A stretch of 60,000 bases of DNA from Felis catus (lineage: Eukaryota), in the NCBI RefSeq assembly GCF_018350175.1, contig NC_058369.1, forward strand, positions 13,642,001 to 13,702,000. Reading direction: 5' to 3'. The translations under genes and the position numbers were made by a program. Below are positions 12,058 to 25,872 of this stretch, in pieces. The notes under the pieces were generated by a model. That model worked only from the letters and a program-made list of their open reading frames with translations, ran no database searches and was not told where the DNA came from. Numbering within the stretch: the stretch's first letter is position 1; every line of letters starts with the position of its first letter.

Positions 12058-15000
12058 ACCTTCTCTTTATCTGTCTCTGTGTCTCTCAGACTCCCTCTGG
12101 TCTCTCCCTCTTTCCCCTTATGGCTCCATCTGTCTCTCTGTACATCTGTCTCTGTCTCTGTCTTTCTTCTCGCCGCTGTTCCCCCCACCTCCTCTGTCCG
12201 TCTGTCTCATCTGACCTTCCTTCTGCATGCCTTGGGTGAACGTGTGCTCTAGTGGAGAGTGAACTGTTTCCCACAAGCCACAATGGGGAGGTGGGAGTGT
12301 TGGGGACGGAGGGCACCCCCTTTTCATCTTTCCCCAGGGTGGCGCTGCCCCTCAGCACCTCTCACAGAAGGGGCTTAATCTTTGGAGTGTCCTGTCTCCC
12401 CCTGGGGCTAGGGTGGCGGGTGTGGGACACTGGCTGCAGATCTCTCTTCCTAGGAGGCTCAGGTGGGTGTCAAGGGCCGGGACCCCCTTGGCTTGGGGCC
12501 GTCTGGAGTGTTCCCTGCCCAAGCGCCACGAGGAGGAGCTGGGTCACAGGTCCTGGTGACATCACGGGACAATTACTGCCACAGTGAGTCTAGACAGACC
12601 TGCTAAGGATATTAACCAGGGAACAAAGGGGGTCTTTGTCGCGGGGTCAAGGGAATCGGTCAGATGCGGCCTCGCGGCGGGGTCTTGTCAGGTAGACTGG
12701 GGTCTAGACAATGCGCCGTCTGGGGCGCGGGAGCCCTGTTCGTTTCACGGGTGTGTGCTCAGCAGCCACGCTCACCGCGGTGTCGTGGGACTTGGGGTAT
12801 GCTTGCCGCTCCCCTCCTCCCCCAGGAGGACTGTCCAGCCCTGCTGGGACAGAAAGCCTCCCGAGGCAAAGAATTCAGCTAGATTGCAGGCCACCCGCTT
12901 CTGATCACTTCGGATGAGCCTTATATAGCCGCTCCTTCCCCCCGCCACTGCCTTGTTTAAAATTGGGGAATAATTTGCATAAAGTGACACTACAGATCTG
13001 TAGCACCCCTAACACTTCAGTGAAGAGAATTTATACCCTCGTCAGGGATATTTCGGTCAACACAGTGACCCATTTCCAGCAACCTGGAATGTTCCCTCCC
13101 GCCCGCATCACTTCCCCAGCACCCTCCGCCCTGCCCCCGAGGCAGCTGCCGTCCTGACCTCAGTCACCTTGCATGAGTTTTTGGCTAGCCTCAAACTGTG
13201 ACTGAACGAGATGGCACAGCCTCTGTGTCCCCCGCGGGCCGGCTGCTTTTGCTCAGCCTGAGTTGGTGGCAGGAGGGCGACCGGCTCTTTTCCCGACTCA
13301 CCCCCTCCTCCCACTGACCTTGGCGTTGAGGGGCTTCAGGGTTTGCTCCCAAAGAATGAAACGGCAGGGGCACTGTGGAGGGGTGCGTGGAGGTGGTGGT
13401 ATATTTTCGGTGGCAGCTTTCTTAGTTTAGATTTTTTGTGCCCCCCAGATGAGGGGGCGGGGGCTAGGTGATGACCCAGAGCACAGGAGGAGCAAAGATC
13501 AGGACAAGAAGGCTACTCCCAGGGCACCTGGCTGGCTTGGTCAGTAGGGCATATGACTCTTGATCTCAGGGTTGTGAGTTCGAGCCCCACGTTGGGCATG
13601 GAGCCTCCTTAAAAGAGCAAAAATTGAAAAAAGAAGGCAGTGAGTCATTCCATGGCTCCTTCGTGAGGCCAACTCATTTCTTACCACCGAGAACCAATGT
13701 GGGCATGTGGCCATCCCACTAATGCTCAAGAAACATCACCCAGTGGAGACAGCCCTTGAGTTGATCTAGGCAAGTGACGCTGCTCAGAACAGGGTGCCCG
13801 TCCTGCCGGGCAGAGAGGATCCGTAGGGAGGGCCTGCTGTCATCACATGTCATGGTGGCCACCAGGAGGGTTATGGTGCTCCAGAGAAGGTTTCTCGGGT
13901 TGGTCACCAATAGAGTTAGCATCCTTTGTCCCCCTGCCCACAGAGGTGGTTTCCCCAAGTACACGTGTCTGGGCTTGTGGGTGCCCTGGCCTGTGGACAG
14001 CTCCCCAACTGGAACCAAACAAGTAAAGGTGACTTTTTTGGGGGGAGGGAGCAAGTGAGCGAGGGCAGAGAGAGAATCCCAGGAGGGGCAGACAGAGAGA
14101 GAGAGAACAAGTAGGGAAGGGGCAGAGAGAGGGAGAGGGGATCACAGACAGACTCACACCGTCAGCGCAGAGCCCAACGTGGGGCTCAAACTCAGAAACC
14201 ATGAGATCACCACCTGAGCCCAAGTTGGACGCTTAATGGATTGAGCCACCCAGGCCCGCCCCTGCCCTGAGTCATTTAGAGGTCAATTGCAGACATGACA
14301 TCCCCTTGGCCCCTAAATAATTCACTGTGCATTTCCTAAAACACAACCTCAGCACAATGATTAAAGTCAGACTCCTTTAACATAGATGCAATGCTACAAC
14401 TTAGAGCCCTTATTCAGAGTTTGCCAGCCTCCTCATTCATGTCCTTCACAGCAGAAGAAAATTCTACATCACGCATTGTGTTCAGTTGTTCCACCTCTTT
14501 AATCCCCTGTAATCTGGAAAGTTCCTCGGTCTTTCTTTGTGTCTCACGTCAGGACACTTGCTGAGAACGCCTCAGTTCTTTGGAGAGCGTCCTTCGGTGT
14601 GGTTTGTTTGACGTTTCCTCTTGATTACACGGAGGCTGCGGGTTCTGGCAGGAGGTCCTCAGAAGCGATGTTGTGTCCTTCTTGGTGCATTGTATTGGGA
14701 GTCACCAGAGTTTGAAGTGTCTTGTGACTGGTGTTGTTGACCTTGATCGTTTGCTAAAGATGAGATCTGGTGGACTTCTCTCCTATGATATTATGATCTT
14801 GCCCTTTGTCATTAAAAAGTACCCTGTCGTGAGATACTTTGTAGTGTATAAATGCTTGTTTGGACTTACTTTTAGCATCCCCTGGTGAGTGTTGCCTGAA
14901 TCAGTTTTTATTTTAGTTGATGGTTACCAAATGGCAGTTTTCTAGTTCCAGCTTTCCTTTGACACTTTTTTAAATGTTTATTTATTTAGAGAGAGGCGGG

Positions 15001-18000
15001 GGGGGGGGGGGGGGGGGAGGGGCGGAGAGAGAGGGAGACACAGAATCCGAAGCAGGCTCCAGGCTCCGAGCTGACGCGGGGCTCGAACCCACAGACCGCG
15101 AGATCATGACCTGAGCCGAAGTCAGAGGCTTAACTGACTGAGCCACCCAGGCGCCCCTCCCTTGACACTTTTTTTGGCCTCCTGCTTTTCGGAGCTTATT
15201 TGTATCCACGTGGACCTACTGCCCTCAAGACATGACCATTGCTCACTCTCAGTCTTTATTTTGATGTTCAAATTGTTGGTGTTCAGATTGTCTCAGATTT
15301 GGCTCGTGGCATTCCCTCCAGGCTGGCTCCGGGGCCCTTTTTTTGTGTGTCCCCATCATTCTCCGAGCACGTCGCTTTTTGTTGTTTTTTTGTTTGGTTG
15401 GTTTTTTGGTTCCAGAGTCAATTTTTGCAAATGAGTTATTTCAGAATAATTTTAGAACCTAACTTACGAATTCAGAAAGATTGCACAGGTAATACAAAGG
15501 GTTCTCGCACATGCCTCGCTTGATTTCCCCTAGTGTGAACATCTTGAATAACTACTACATTTCTCGAAATGAAGAAACCAACCCTGGTCCACCACTATTA
15601 GTAAACTCTGGACTTTATTCCGGTTTCATGAGTTTTCCCACTCATGTCCTTTTCTGTACCAGGATCCCATCCAGGATCCTTCATTGCATGTCACCGGACG
15701 TCTCTTTCTATTTTCTTTTCTGATTTCTACCTGAGTCTTGGATGTCAAGTGCTTCGTGTCCTTTTTTTAAAAAAAAAATCAAGATTGGGCGCCTGCGTGG
15801 CTCAGTCGGTTAAGCGTCTGACTTTGGCCCAGGTCATGATCTCACGGTTCTAGAGTTCGAGCCCCGCATCGGGCTCTGTGCTGACAGCTTGGAGCCTGCT
15901 TCAGATTCTGTGTCTCCCTGTCTCTCTCTGCACCTCCCCAGCTCATGCTCACACTCTGTCTCTGCCAAAAATAAATAAACTTGGGGGCGCCTGGGTGGCG
16001 CAGTCGGTTAAGCGTCCGACTTCAGCCAGGTCACGATCTCGCGGTCCGTGAGTTCGAGCCCCGCGTCGGGCTCTGGGCTGACGGCTCAGAGCCTGGAGCC
16101 TGTTTCCGATTCTGTGTCTCCCTCTCTCTCTGCACCTCCCCCGTTCATGCTCTGTCTCTCTCTGTCCCAAAAATAAATAAACGTTGAAAAAAAAATAAAA
16201 ATAAATAAATAAAAAAAATAAATAAACTTAAGAAAATTTTTAAAAATAATAAAAATAATTAAAAAAAACAAGATATAATCTTACTGAAATACAATCACGT
16301 GCCATAAAGTTCCTCCTGGTACAACCATCACCAATATCTAATTCCAGAACTTTTTCATCACCCCAGAAAGAAACCCCATGCCATTAACCATCACTCTCCC
16401 ATTCTTCCTTTTTCCTAGTGCCTGATAACTACTAATTTACTCTCCATCTCTATGGATGTGTCTGTTCTGGACATTTTATGTGGAGTCATACATCATGTGG
16501 CCTTTTATGTCTGGCTTCTTTCACTCAGCATCCCGTTTAATTTATTTTGTATTTTTTAAAACATTTTTAAAAATGTTTATTTATTTATTTTGAAAGAGAG
16601 AGAGTGGGGGAGGAGCAGAGAGAGAGGGAGAGAGAGAGAATCCCAAGCAGGCTCCACACTGTCAGCAAGGAGCCTGACACGGGGCTTGAACCCACACACC
16701 GTGAGATCATGACCTGAGCTGAAATCAAGAGCCAAACGCCCAACTGACTGAGCCACCCAGGTGCCCCTCAGTGTCGCGTCTTCAGAGTCCTTCCCTATTG
16801 TAGTGTGTCTGCACTTCATTCCTTTTTATGGCTAAATAATATTCCATCGTGTGGGCATACTGTGTTTGACCAGCCATTCAATCGTTGATAGCTGTTTGGG
16901 TTTTTTCCACCTTCTAGTTGTCGTGAATCATGCTGCTATGGACATTCACATACAAGTTTTTGTGAGGACGTAGGTTTTCGTTTCTCCTAGGTATGCATAG
17001 ACCTGGGAGGGGGACTGATGGGTCATGTGGGAACTCCAGGTTTGCCCATGTACTTTCCCTGCTCCGGCCTTGGAATCAGCAATTTCAACAAAAAGCCTTC
17101 ATTTCTGTCCTCAATAATAACATTTAAAAACCAGGAGCTGGGGGCTGGGTGTGCTCAGTACTGCTGGGGTGTCATTACTTGTGAGCTGTCAGTGGGCAGG
17201 GGGGGAAGCAACGATGCATCGGCTCGCACACCCACCCTTACGTGCACCCATTTCTTTTTATTTAAAAAAAATTTTTTAATGTTTATATATTTTTAAGAGA
17301 GAGAAAGAGAGCGAGCACGCACGGGTGGCGGAAGGGCAGAGACAGAGGGAGACCTAGAATCCGAAGCGGGCTCCAGGCTCTGAGCTGTCAGCACAGAGCC
17401 TGAGGCAGGGCTCGAACTCACGGACCGTGAGATCATGAGCTGAGCTGAAGTCAGACACTTAACCGACCGAGTCACCCAGGCACGTGTAGATTTAAAAAAA
17501 AAATTTTTTTAACATTGATTTATTTTTGAGAGAGACAGAGACCGAATGCAAGTGGGTTAGGGACAGCGAGAGAGGGAGACACAGAATCCGAAGCAGGCTC
17601 CAAGCCGTCAGCACAGAGCCCAATGCGGGGCTCGAACCCACAGAGCTGTGAGATCGTGACCTGAGCCGAGGTCAGACACTCACCCGACTGAGCCACCCAG
17701 GCGCCCCAGGCACCTGTAGATTTTAGATTCCCCGTCGGGATGGGGAGAAAAGGCAGAGAGAGGAATTCCAGAAAGTTCTGCAGGGTTTCAAATTGGAATC
17801 GGGATAGTTCCCAGCTTTCAACAAGTGAAGAAGTACGGTTGGCAAGGAGCCAAAGGCTGAATCTCCAAGGGGGAGAGTCCGGGGCGCGGGGAACAGAGTG
17901 CTCAGATTCCTGACTCAGGGACAGGAGCCGAAGAGCAGCTATTTTCCCTCCTGTTACCAGCGCCACCCCCACCCCCACCCCCCAGCCTGATGTGGACGTG

Positions 18001-19553
18001 ATCGCAGATGCCTTTAGTGCCTGCGCCCTGGGGGCGGGGTGGGGGGGGGGAAGCTAGCCAAAGGGAAGGCAGTTAATACAGACCATGGCTTCCTGCCTTG
18101 CTCTTTCTTTGTCCTTTTAAAACGGTGAGAAAATCAAGGAAGAAATCCAGGAGAAAATCAAGGGAGAAAATCAAAGGAAGAGACAGAGCCCGATGCGGGG
18201 CACGAACTCCCGAACTGTGAGATCATGACCTAAGACAGAGGCAGATGCTTAACCGACTGAGCCACCCAGGCACCCCTCCTTCCTTTTTAAGGCTGAATAT
18301 TATTTTATACTGTATGGCTAGCCCAAATTTTGTTAATCCATTCATTAGTTGATGGACATATCGGTTATTTCCGCCTTTGGCTATGGTGTATAATGCTATT
18401 ATGAACATAGGTGTATAACTGTGCATTCAGGACCCCGCTTTCAATATTTTGTATAGAGACCTAGAAGGGGAGTCGCCGGATCGTATGGTAATTCTGTGTT
18501 TAACTTTTTGAGGAACCACACACTGTTTCCCACAGCAGCTGCACCATTTCACTTTCGTTTTTTGTTTTTGTTTTTGTTTTTCAAAGACTTTATTTTTAAG
18601 TAATCTCTCCACTCAAGGTGGGGCTTGAACTCACAACCTCGAGGTCAAGAGTCACGTGCTCCACTGACTGAGCCGGCCAGGCAACCCTGCCCCATTTTAC
18701 ATTCTTACCGGCAGTGCACAAGGGCTCCAACTTCTCCATGTCCTCCTCAACCCTTGTTATTTCTTGTCTTTTTGATATTAGCCATTCTGACAGGCGTGAG
18801 GGGATCCCTTGCTGGGATTTTGATCTGCATTTCCCTGACGACTGATAATGTTGCGCATCTTTTCATGTACTCATTGGCAATTCGTATAGCTTCTTTGGAG
18901 AAATGTCTGTACATATCCTTTGCCTATTTTAAATTAAAAAAAAAAAAAACATTTTAGAGAGGGTGCGCAAGCTGGGGAGAGGGGCAGAGGGAGGGAGAAT
19001 CTTAAGCAGTCTCCGTGCTCAGCGCAGAGCCCGACATGGGGCTTGAGCCCACGCCCCTGGGATCATATGACCTGAGCCCAAATCAAGAGTCGGATGCTCA
19101 ACCGACTGAGGCAGGTGCCCCCGGCCTTTGCCTGTTTTAAAACTGGGTTGTTAATTTTGTTGTTCTTCTTGTTATTGGGTTGTAGGCATTCTTTATATCT
19201 TCAAGATTTTGATTCCTTGTCCGATACGTGATTGCAGATGTTTCCCCTCATTCCATGGGCTGTCGTTTCACTCTGTTGATTGTGTTCTTTGGTGCACAAA
19301 AGTTTTCCATTTTTATCAAATCGAATTTCTCGGTTTTTGTTTTATTGTCTGTGATTTTGGTGTTGTTGAAATTGTTTTTCAGAGGAAAAAAAGAGCTCAG
19401 TGGGTCTCTTCGTAGGGACTAGGGGAAGATTCATTTATAAATTCTCAAATTTTTCCCCTGCCTCTAGGATGTGCTGAGTCAGAGATCAGAAAAGCAGGTT
19501 TTGATTTCGGTCTTCAAACTTGATCTGTATGGATTTTCAAAAAATTGCTCTTT

Positions 19554-19985
19554 GGGGCGCCTGGGTGGCTCAGCCGGTTAGGCGTCCGACTTCGGCTCAG
19601 GTCATGATCTCTCGGTCCGTGAGTTCGAGCTCCTCGTCGGGCTCTGTGCTGACAGCTCGGAGCCTGGAGCTTGCTTCAGATTCTGTGTCTCCCTCTCTCT
19701 CTGCCCCTTCCCTGCTCACGCTCTGTCTCTGTCTCAAAATTAAAAAAAAACAAAAAACCCTTATTTTTTATTTTTATTTTTTAACGTTTATTTATTTTTG
19801 GGACAGAGAGAGACAGAGCATGAGCAGGGGAGGGGCAGAGAGAGAGGGAGACACAGAATCGGAAACAGGCTCCAGGCTCTGAGCTGTCAGCACAGAGCCT
19901 GACGCGGGGCTCGAACTCATGGACCGCGAGATCATGACCTGAGCCGAAGTCGGACGCCTAACAGGCTGAGCCACCCAGGCGCCCC
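19554..19985. mobile_element. Tail-to-tail inverted SINEC pair (19554-19757 +, 19761-19985 -)
   Basis: Two full-length SINEs in opposite orientation separated only by their A/T tails. Confidence 0.9.
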
Positions 19986-21689
19986 AATAATAAAAAAAAA
20001 AAAAAAAAAAACTTAAAAAAACTTAAAAAAACCCTGCTCTTTAATGTCCTTATCTACTAATTAATTCTACCATCTCTGTTGTTCCTGGACTGTTTCTGTT
20101 GATTGATTTTTCTCTTCATTAAGGGTTGTAATTTACTGCCTTTTTTTTTTTGCTTGTCTGGTAAGTTTCACTTTCCTGCCAGACCTGAATTTTACCTTGT
20201 GGCCCGCTGGATGCCTTTTTATTTCCTCGAAATATTCTTGAGCTTTGCTCTGGGATACGGTTAAGTTGCTGGAAACAGTTTGATCCTTTCCAGCCTTGCT
20301 GTTAAGTTGTTTTTTGTTTTTTTTTTTTTTAGGCAGGACCAGAATAGTCTTTATGGTGGGGCTAATTTTTCTCTACTTCCTTATGAAGTTTTTCCACTCT
20401 GGCTGATTCACACCCTCTGGTCCTTTGGAGGCTCAGTCCCTGGTCTTGGCACACCTATATGCCCATTAAGTTGTCAAACTCTCAAAAGATGTCTGCATTG
20501 ATCAGGCTCTCCCTTTCCCCTCCCCCCCTCCCCCCAGCTATCTTCTTTCTAGGACTCTGCTCTGCAAACTGTAGCCTTCTCACCTTTTCTAGAACCCCAG
20601 CTTTGATGCCTCAATGTCTGAAAAGTGTTATTTTACACATTTTGTCTGTTTGTTTCCATTTGTTCCAGATTGGGGGGAGCAGCGGGGAATCTGATTCTGG
20701 AGGCTCCGTTTTAGCCAGGAAGAAATGGCGCTTTTTTTTTTTTTTTTTAAAGGAAGCACATACACGTTTTAAAATGCAATTTAAGTTAACATCTTTTGAG
20801 CCGTTTTTAGACTCTGCCTTATGTGTGTGTTGTTGTATTTTTCCTCCCTATGACATGGGTACTCTTGTTAATCCCATTTACAGATGAGAAAACTGAGGCA
20901 CAGAGAGGGTGAATGACTTACCAAAGGTCTCTCAGCCAGTAAGTGGTAGGAAGAAGGAGCAAACGTGGCCAGAGCCTCCGGCTCTGGAGGCTGTGCCCCT
21001 GACTCCTACCCTCCACCATCCATGCCTTCAAGAGCCACTTTTTTTGTCTTTTTGTTTATGTAGGTGAAACTTACATAACATAACATTAACCATTTTATTT
21101 TTATTTATTTTTTTTAATTTTTTTTTCAACGTTTATTTATTTTTTTGGGGACAGAGAGAGACAGAGCATGAACGGGGGAGGGGCAGAGAGAGAGAGGGAG
21201 ACACAGAATCGGAAACAGGCTCCAGGCTCTGAGCCATCAGCCCAGAGCCCGACGCGGGGCTCGAACTCTCGGACCGCGAGATCGTGACCTGGCTGAAGTC
21301 GGACGCTTAACCGACTGCGCCACCCAGGCGCCCCTTTTTTTTTTTTTTTAAGTGTATTTATTTATTTACTTTGAGAGAGAGAGCTCGCAAGCAGGGGAGG
21401 GGCAGAGAGAGAGGGAGAGAGAATCCCAAGCAGGCTCTGCATGGTCAGCGCAGAGCCCGACGCGGGGCCTGATCCCACGAACTGTGAGGTCATGACCTGA
21501 GCCGAAATCAAGGGTTGGATGCTTAACCAACTGAGCCCCCCAGGCGCCCCCCCCAGGAGCTGCTTTTCAATGTAGGAAAGGATGGAAAGAAAAGAGAGGG
21601 TCCCAGCTAGTAGCTAGTCCGAACCTCTATTTTGTAGTTGAGGAAAGTGAGGCACTTAGGTCTATATTTATTTCGGTCTATGCTTGAGC

Positions 21690-22170
21690 TGGTCACTTGC
21701 TCAGCCAGTATTCGCAAGCACCTACCTTGTGCGTGCCCTGTGCTATAGAAAGGGCACCATTCTGCGGGGCTGAGGGAGTGTGCAAAGGGGTGCTTGTAAA
21801 AGTGTCAAGTGCTTGTCAGGAGGCTGAGACATGAAGGCTAAGGAGAGAGTTGACTGACGGGAAGGTAAGGGGAAGAATGGTCCATGTAGTGAGAACAGCC
21901 AGTGCAAAGGCCCTGAGGCAGGAGTGAGTCTGGTATGTGGGAGGCCACATGGCTGGAGTGAAGTTAGCCAAATGGGGGTGGGGGGTGGGGGGTGGGGAGG
22001 GTTGGGAGGGAGAAGGGAGAGAAGGGCAAGGAAATTGGCAGCGTCTGGCTTATGGGCCTCATGGATGATGGCGGGAGTTAGGATTTTTATTCTGGGTGTG
22101 GCAGGAAACAGCAGAGTGAGCAGGGGAAGGGTGTGATGTGATTTTAGATTTCGCCTTGGGAGGCAAGCCG
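21690..22170. mobile_element. L2 fragment
   Basis: gaacagccagtgcaaaggccctgaggcagga motif; similar fragments at ~7130-7400, 28790-29170, 51730-51950 and 58740-58830. Confidence 0.6.
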
Positions 22171-23136
22171 TTGGGCAGCGTAGGGTGGGAGACCATGGGG
22201 TTTGAGTCTCCAAACTGCCAAACAAAACCTGGGGTATCCCATAAATCCCACCCATGGGACTCTCTGACATCCACCGGGGTAGCCTTTTCAACCCCCGAGT
22301 GAGATCTGGGAATAATATGAGAGAGCCCTACCGATAGTAATCGTTGGGAGCGTTCATTTTACTATGAAAAATGCTCAAGCGAAGGATCGTCTGTCCGTGT
22401 TTGTGTGGCCATTCAAAACAATCCCCCCGGGTGTGTGGCACGTAGCAGGCGGGTGAGTGTTTATGAAATTGTGGGAATGGAAACAGGGCTCAGGACGTAA
22501 AGCCTTCTGGGGGGGGGGGGGGGGGCGTGACGGCGTGACAATTCGCTGGCGAGCTCCGTGCCTGCTTCGTCTCCAAATCCCCACACCCTTTAGAGAATGT
22601 CTCCCTGATCCCATTGCACAGTCCGGGAAGTTGAGGCTTAGATGAAAAGGGAACGTGAGAGTAAAAATACTAATGACCGAGAGAAAAAAATTATAATAAG
22701 AGAAATGAAATATGCTGCCAAGTTTCTCTTAAGGATATGTGAAATGTTTTGAAATGGATTTCACCCAAAATGTCGCCCCCTCACCTCGCAACCACCTGCC
22801 CCAGCAGCGGCCTGCGCTCCACCTGTGCACCAGTGTTGAGCCAGCAGATCTGCCCTCCGTCTGGCCCTGGGACTTCTTCCGGGGTGGGGGTGGGGAGGTT
22901 CTTTCTGATCACTGGGCTTGGTGACAGGGATGGGGTCTCAGTCCCCTGTGCTGGAGTTTAAGACTCCCCCCACATGGGGGGGGGGCGCCTGGGTGGCTCA
23001 GTCAGTTGAGTGTCCAACTTTGGTTCAGGTCATGATCTCACCATTTGGGAGTTTGAGTCCGGCGTTGGGCAGTGAGTGATCAGCTGCCCAGATCCTCTCT
23101 GCCCCTCCCCCACTTGCGCACGCGCATGCGCTCTCG

Positions 23137-23180
<44 letters not shown>

Positions 23181-23352
23181 ATTAAAAAATAAATAAATGA
23201 AAAAAAGAAGACCCAATGATTTGGGGCACCCAGGTGGCTCAGTCAGTTAAGCGTCCGACTCTTGATTTCAGCTCAGGTCGTGATCTCACGGTTTGTGAGT
23301 TTGAGCCCCATGTCGGGCTCCACGCTATTAGTGCGGAGACTGCTTTGGATTC

Positions 23353-23386
<34 letters not shown>

Positions 23387-24679
23387 AAAATGAATAAAAT
23401 AAACTTAAATGAGATTTCCCATACAAGTACACCATGCCCCCCCACCCCCTTGGTGTCTTGTCTCCAGGTGACCTTGACGCACCCTCTTGGTGGGGGGGGG
23501 GGGCAGTTGGGAATTCTCTGTCGGTGAGAAGGGACCTGCCTTTTCAGGTGTTGGATGCTCTCCAGCAACTGCGGTCAAATGAGCGTGGAGTTGGGACAGC
23601 GTGGATAGCAAGGTCAAGGCAACCAGATAAAGTAGCCCTGAAGCCACGTCAGGGGATGCAAGAACTCGCCCGCAATGAATTAATTCGGCGAAGCCAAGGG
23701 CACGGAAAAAAGGCTTTGTCTGGGACCCCACATCCACCAGTGGTAGCGTTTTCCAACCACTGCACGCGATCTGAGAATGATAGGAAACGATCCTGCAGTG
23801 GTCATTATTCATTATTCAGAGTATCAGTTAAAAAAATTTTTTTTTAATGTTTCTTTGTTCTTTGAGAGAGAAAGAGAGAGAGCAGGAGCAGCGGAGGGGC
23901 GGAGAGGGGGAGACAGGATCGGAAGCAGGCTCCAGGCTCTGCGCTGTCAGCCCAGAGCCCGACGCGGGGCTCGAACCCACGAACGTGAGATCATGACCTG
24001 AGTCGAAATCAAGAGTTGGACGCTTCACTGACTAGGCCCCCCCGGGCACCCCTCATGATGTTTTTAAGCCACCTCATGCTCAAGATTGTTAGAGGGTCCC
24101 TAAGGGGGTGGGTCCACCTGTGGACGTGAACTGAGATCCTGCTATGTGTGGCATGCGTCAAGTCTATACATAATTCTCATCAGGTATAATGAAGGGGAAA
24201 GTATAGTAACAAATAACAAAGACAACAGTCATAATGGGAGCCGACATTATCTGAGCACATAGGATGTGCCGAGCATTTCTTGGAACTATTAGCGTGTATG
24301 CGTTCGTTTAATTCTTACAGCTACCTTGTGAAAAAACTACTCTTTTACCCCCATTTTATGGATGAGGAAACAGGCTCAGAGAGGTTAAGTAAGTTGCCCA
24401 AGATCACACAGGGTTCAAACTGGGGCGCCCAGCTTCAAAGGCCGCTGCGTTATGCTGCTGCCCATGGAGATGGAGAGAGAGTTTGAGAAGAGGGAGCTGG
24501 GAGGGGAGCGAGGGAGGAGCTTTGGGGCTGGGCCAGCGCGCGCACCTTTCCCTCCACTCTGCACACTGAGTCTGGAGCCCCACCTGCTTTCTGAGGACGG
24601 ATCAGTTTACCCCCTGGGAACGCACTAACCCTGCAGCCCTCACCCAATGCCACAACACTCCCTCTCGTCTCCCTTCCAG

Positions 24680-24796
24680 GAGCTGGAGAAGCTAGGGCTT
24701 GGCGACAGCGTGGACCTACATGTGTATGAGATTCCAGTCGAGTACAAGACGGTCCAGAGGCTCATCCCTGCCCTGTGGGAGAAGCACAGCCCACAG
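24680..24796 (+). CDS. PGPEP1: PGPEP1 coding exon 3 (ELEKLGLGDSVDLHVYEIPVEYKTVQRLIPALWEKHSPQ)
   Basis: cccttccag acceptor; 117 nt, phase 0-0; CAG|gtgagt donor; visible in ORF 24647..24862. Confidence 0.97.
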
Positions 24797-25840
24797 GTGA
24801 GTGGGGCGAAGGCAGGTGCTTCCTCATCAGGACCTGCAGGTGGGCACCCCGCACGTGGATGATTTGTGTGGCTTTGTTCCTGCTTCAATCACATGGCCGA
24901 TGCCCATGGCCTTGTCCCCCAAAGGGCCACACTTTCCTGGGTTACCCGTGGATGCGAGGGAGGAGTGCAAACATCTGCGACCCCACAGAGCCTGGCTCCG
25001 TCCCTCTGGAGTTCTGTGTCACTCACGACCCATTTAGTTACAGGTGACAGTCAAAGCACACCTTAACTCAGCTTAAGCACAAACTCTTGTAAGCTTCAGG
25101 TATAGCTTGATCCAGGCACTCGCCCAGTGTTATCAGCCATCCCTCTTGGCCCCTCAGCTTTGCTTTGTGCCTCGCTTTTGCTCTGGCAAAGATAGGTGGC
25201 TGCTGGCCGATACCCTACCGACTCAGCCCCTCAGCGGAAAGAAAACATCTTTCCTTTTGATAATTGCCCAGAGTCCATGGCTGATTCTCACTGGCCACCG
25301 GGGTCCCCTGCCAGTCCCTGAGCCAATCACTATGGCTGGGGGTTGGAGGGAGGAGTGCTCTGATTCGTGAAGCCTGGTCACATGCCTCCTCTGGTGGCCA
25401 GTGGGTGGTCTCACCTCTCTCCGAACCTCTTGAAAGGGGGTTCCACAAGGGGACCATGAGTATGGGAGGGAGCTGTGATGCGGTGTAATGGAGGCCAGAC
25501 AAGAAGGAGCCACACTCTCCCACCACAGACACACGTGACTCCAAGGGATCAGGAGTGGAAGTTGCCTGGGAAGTTACCTGAGTGGTGTCTCTGATAAGTG
25601 AGGTAACTGGTCGCCCGTGGGCGCCCCACCCAGCTTCCCACACTAGCCTGCCTTGCAGATTTTCCAGGGCCGTCCAGTGGAAACTTCCTTCCTAATGAGC
25701 CCTCCTGTCGAGTCTCAAGTGGACTTTGTCCCTTGTGAGAGGGGGACCTGGAGGCTTAGTGACACGTGACCAAAGGTTCTGTCAATGGACATTTTCTTCT
25801 GCTTTTTCTTTAAAAATTTTTTAAATGTTTATTTATTTTT

Positions 25841-25872
<32 letters not shown>

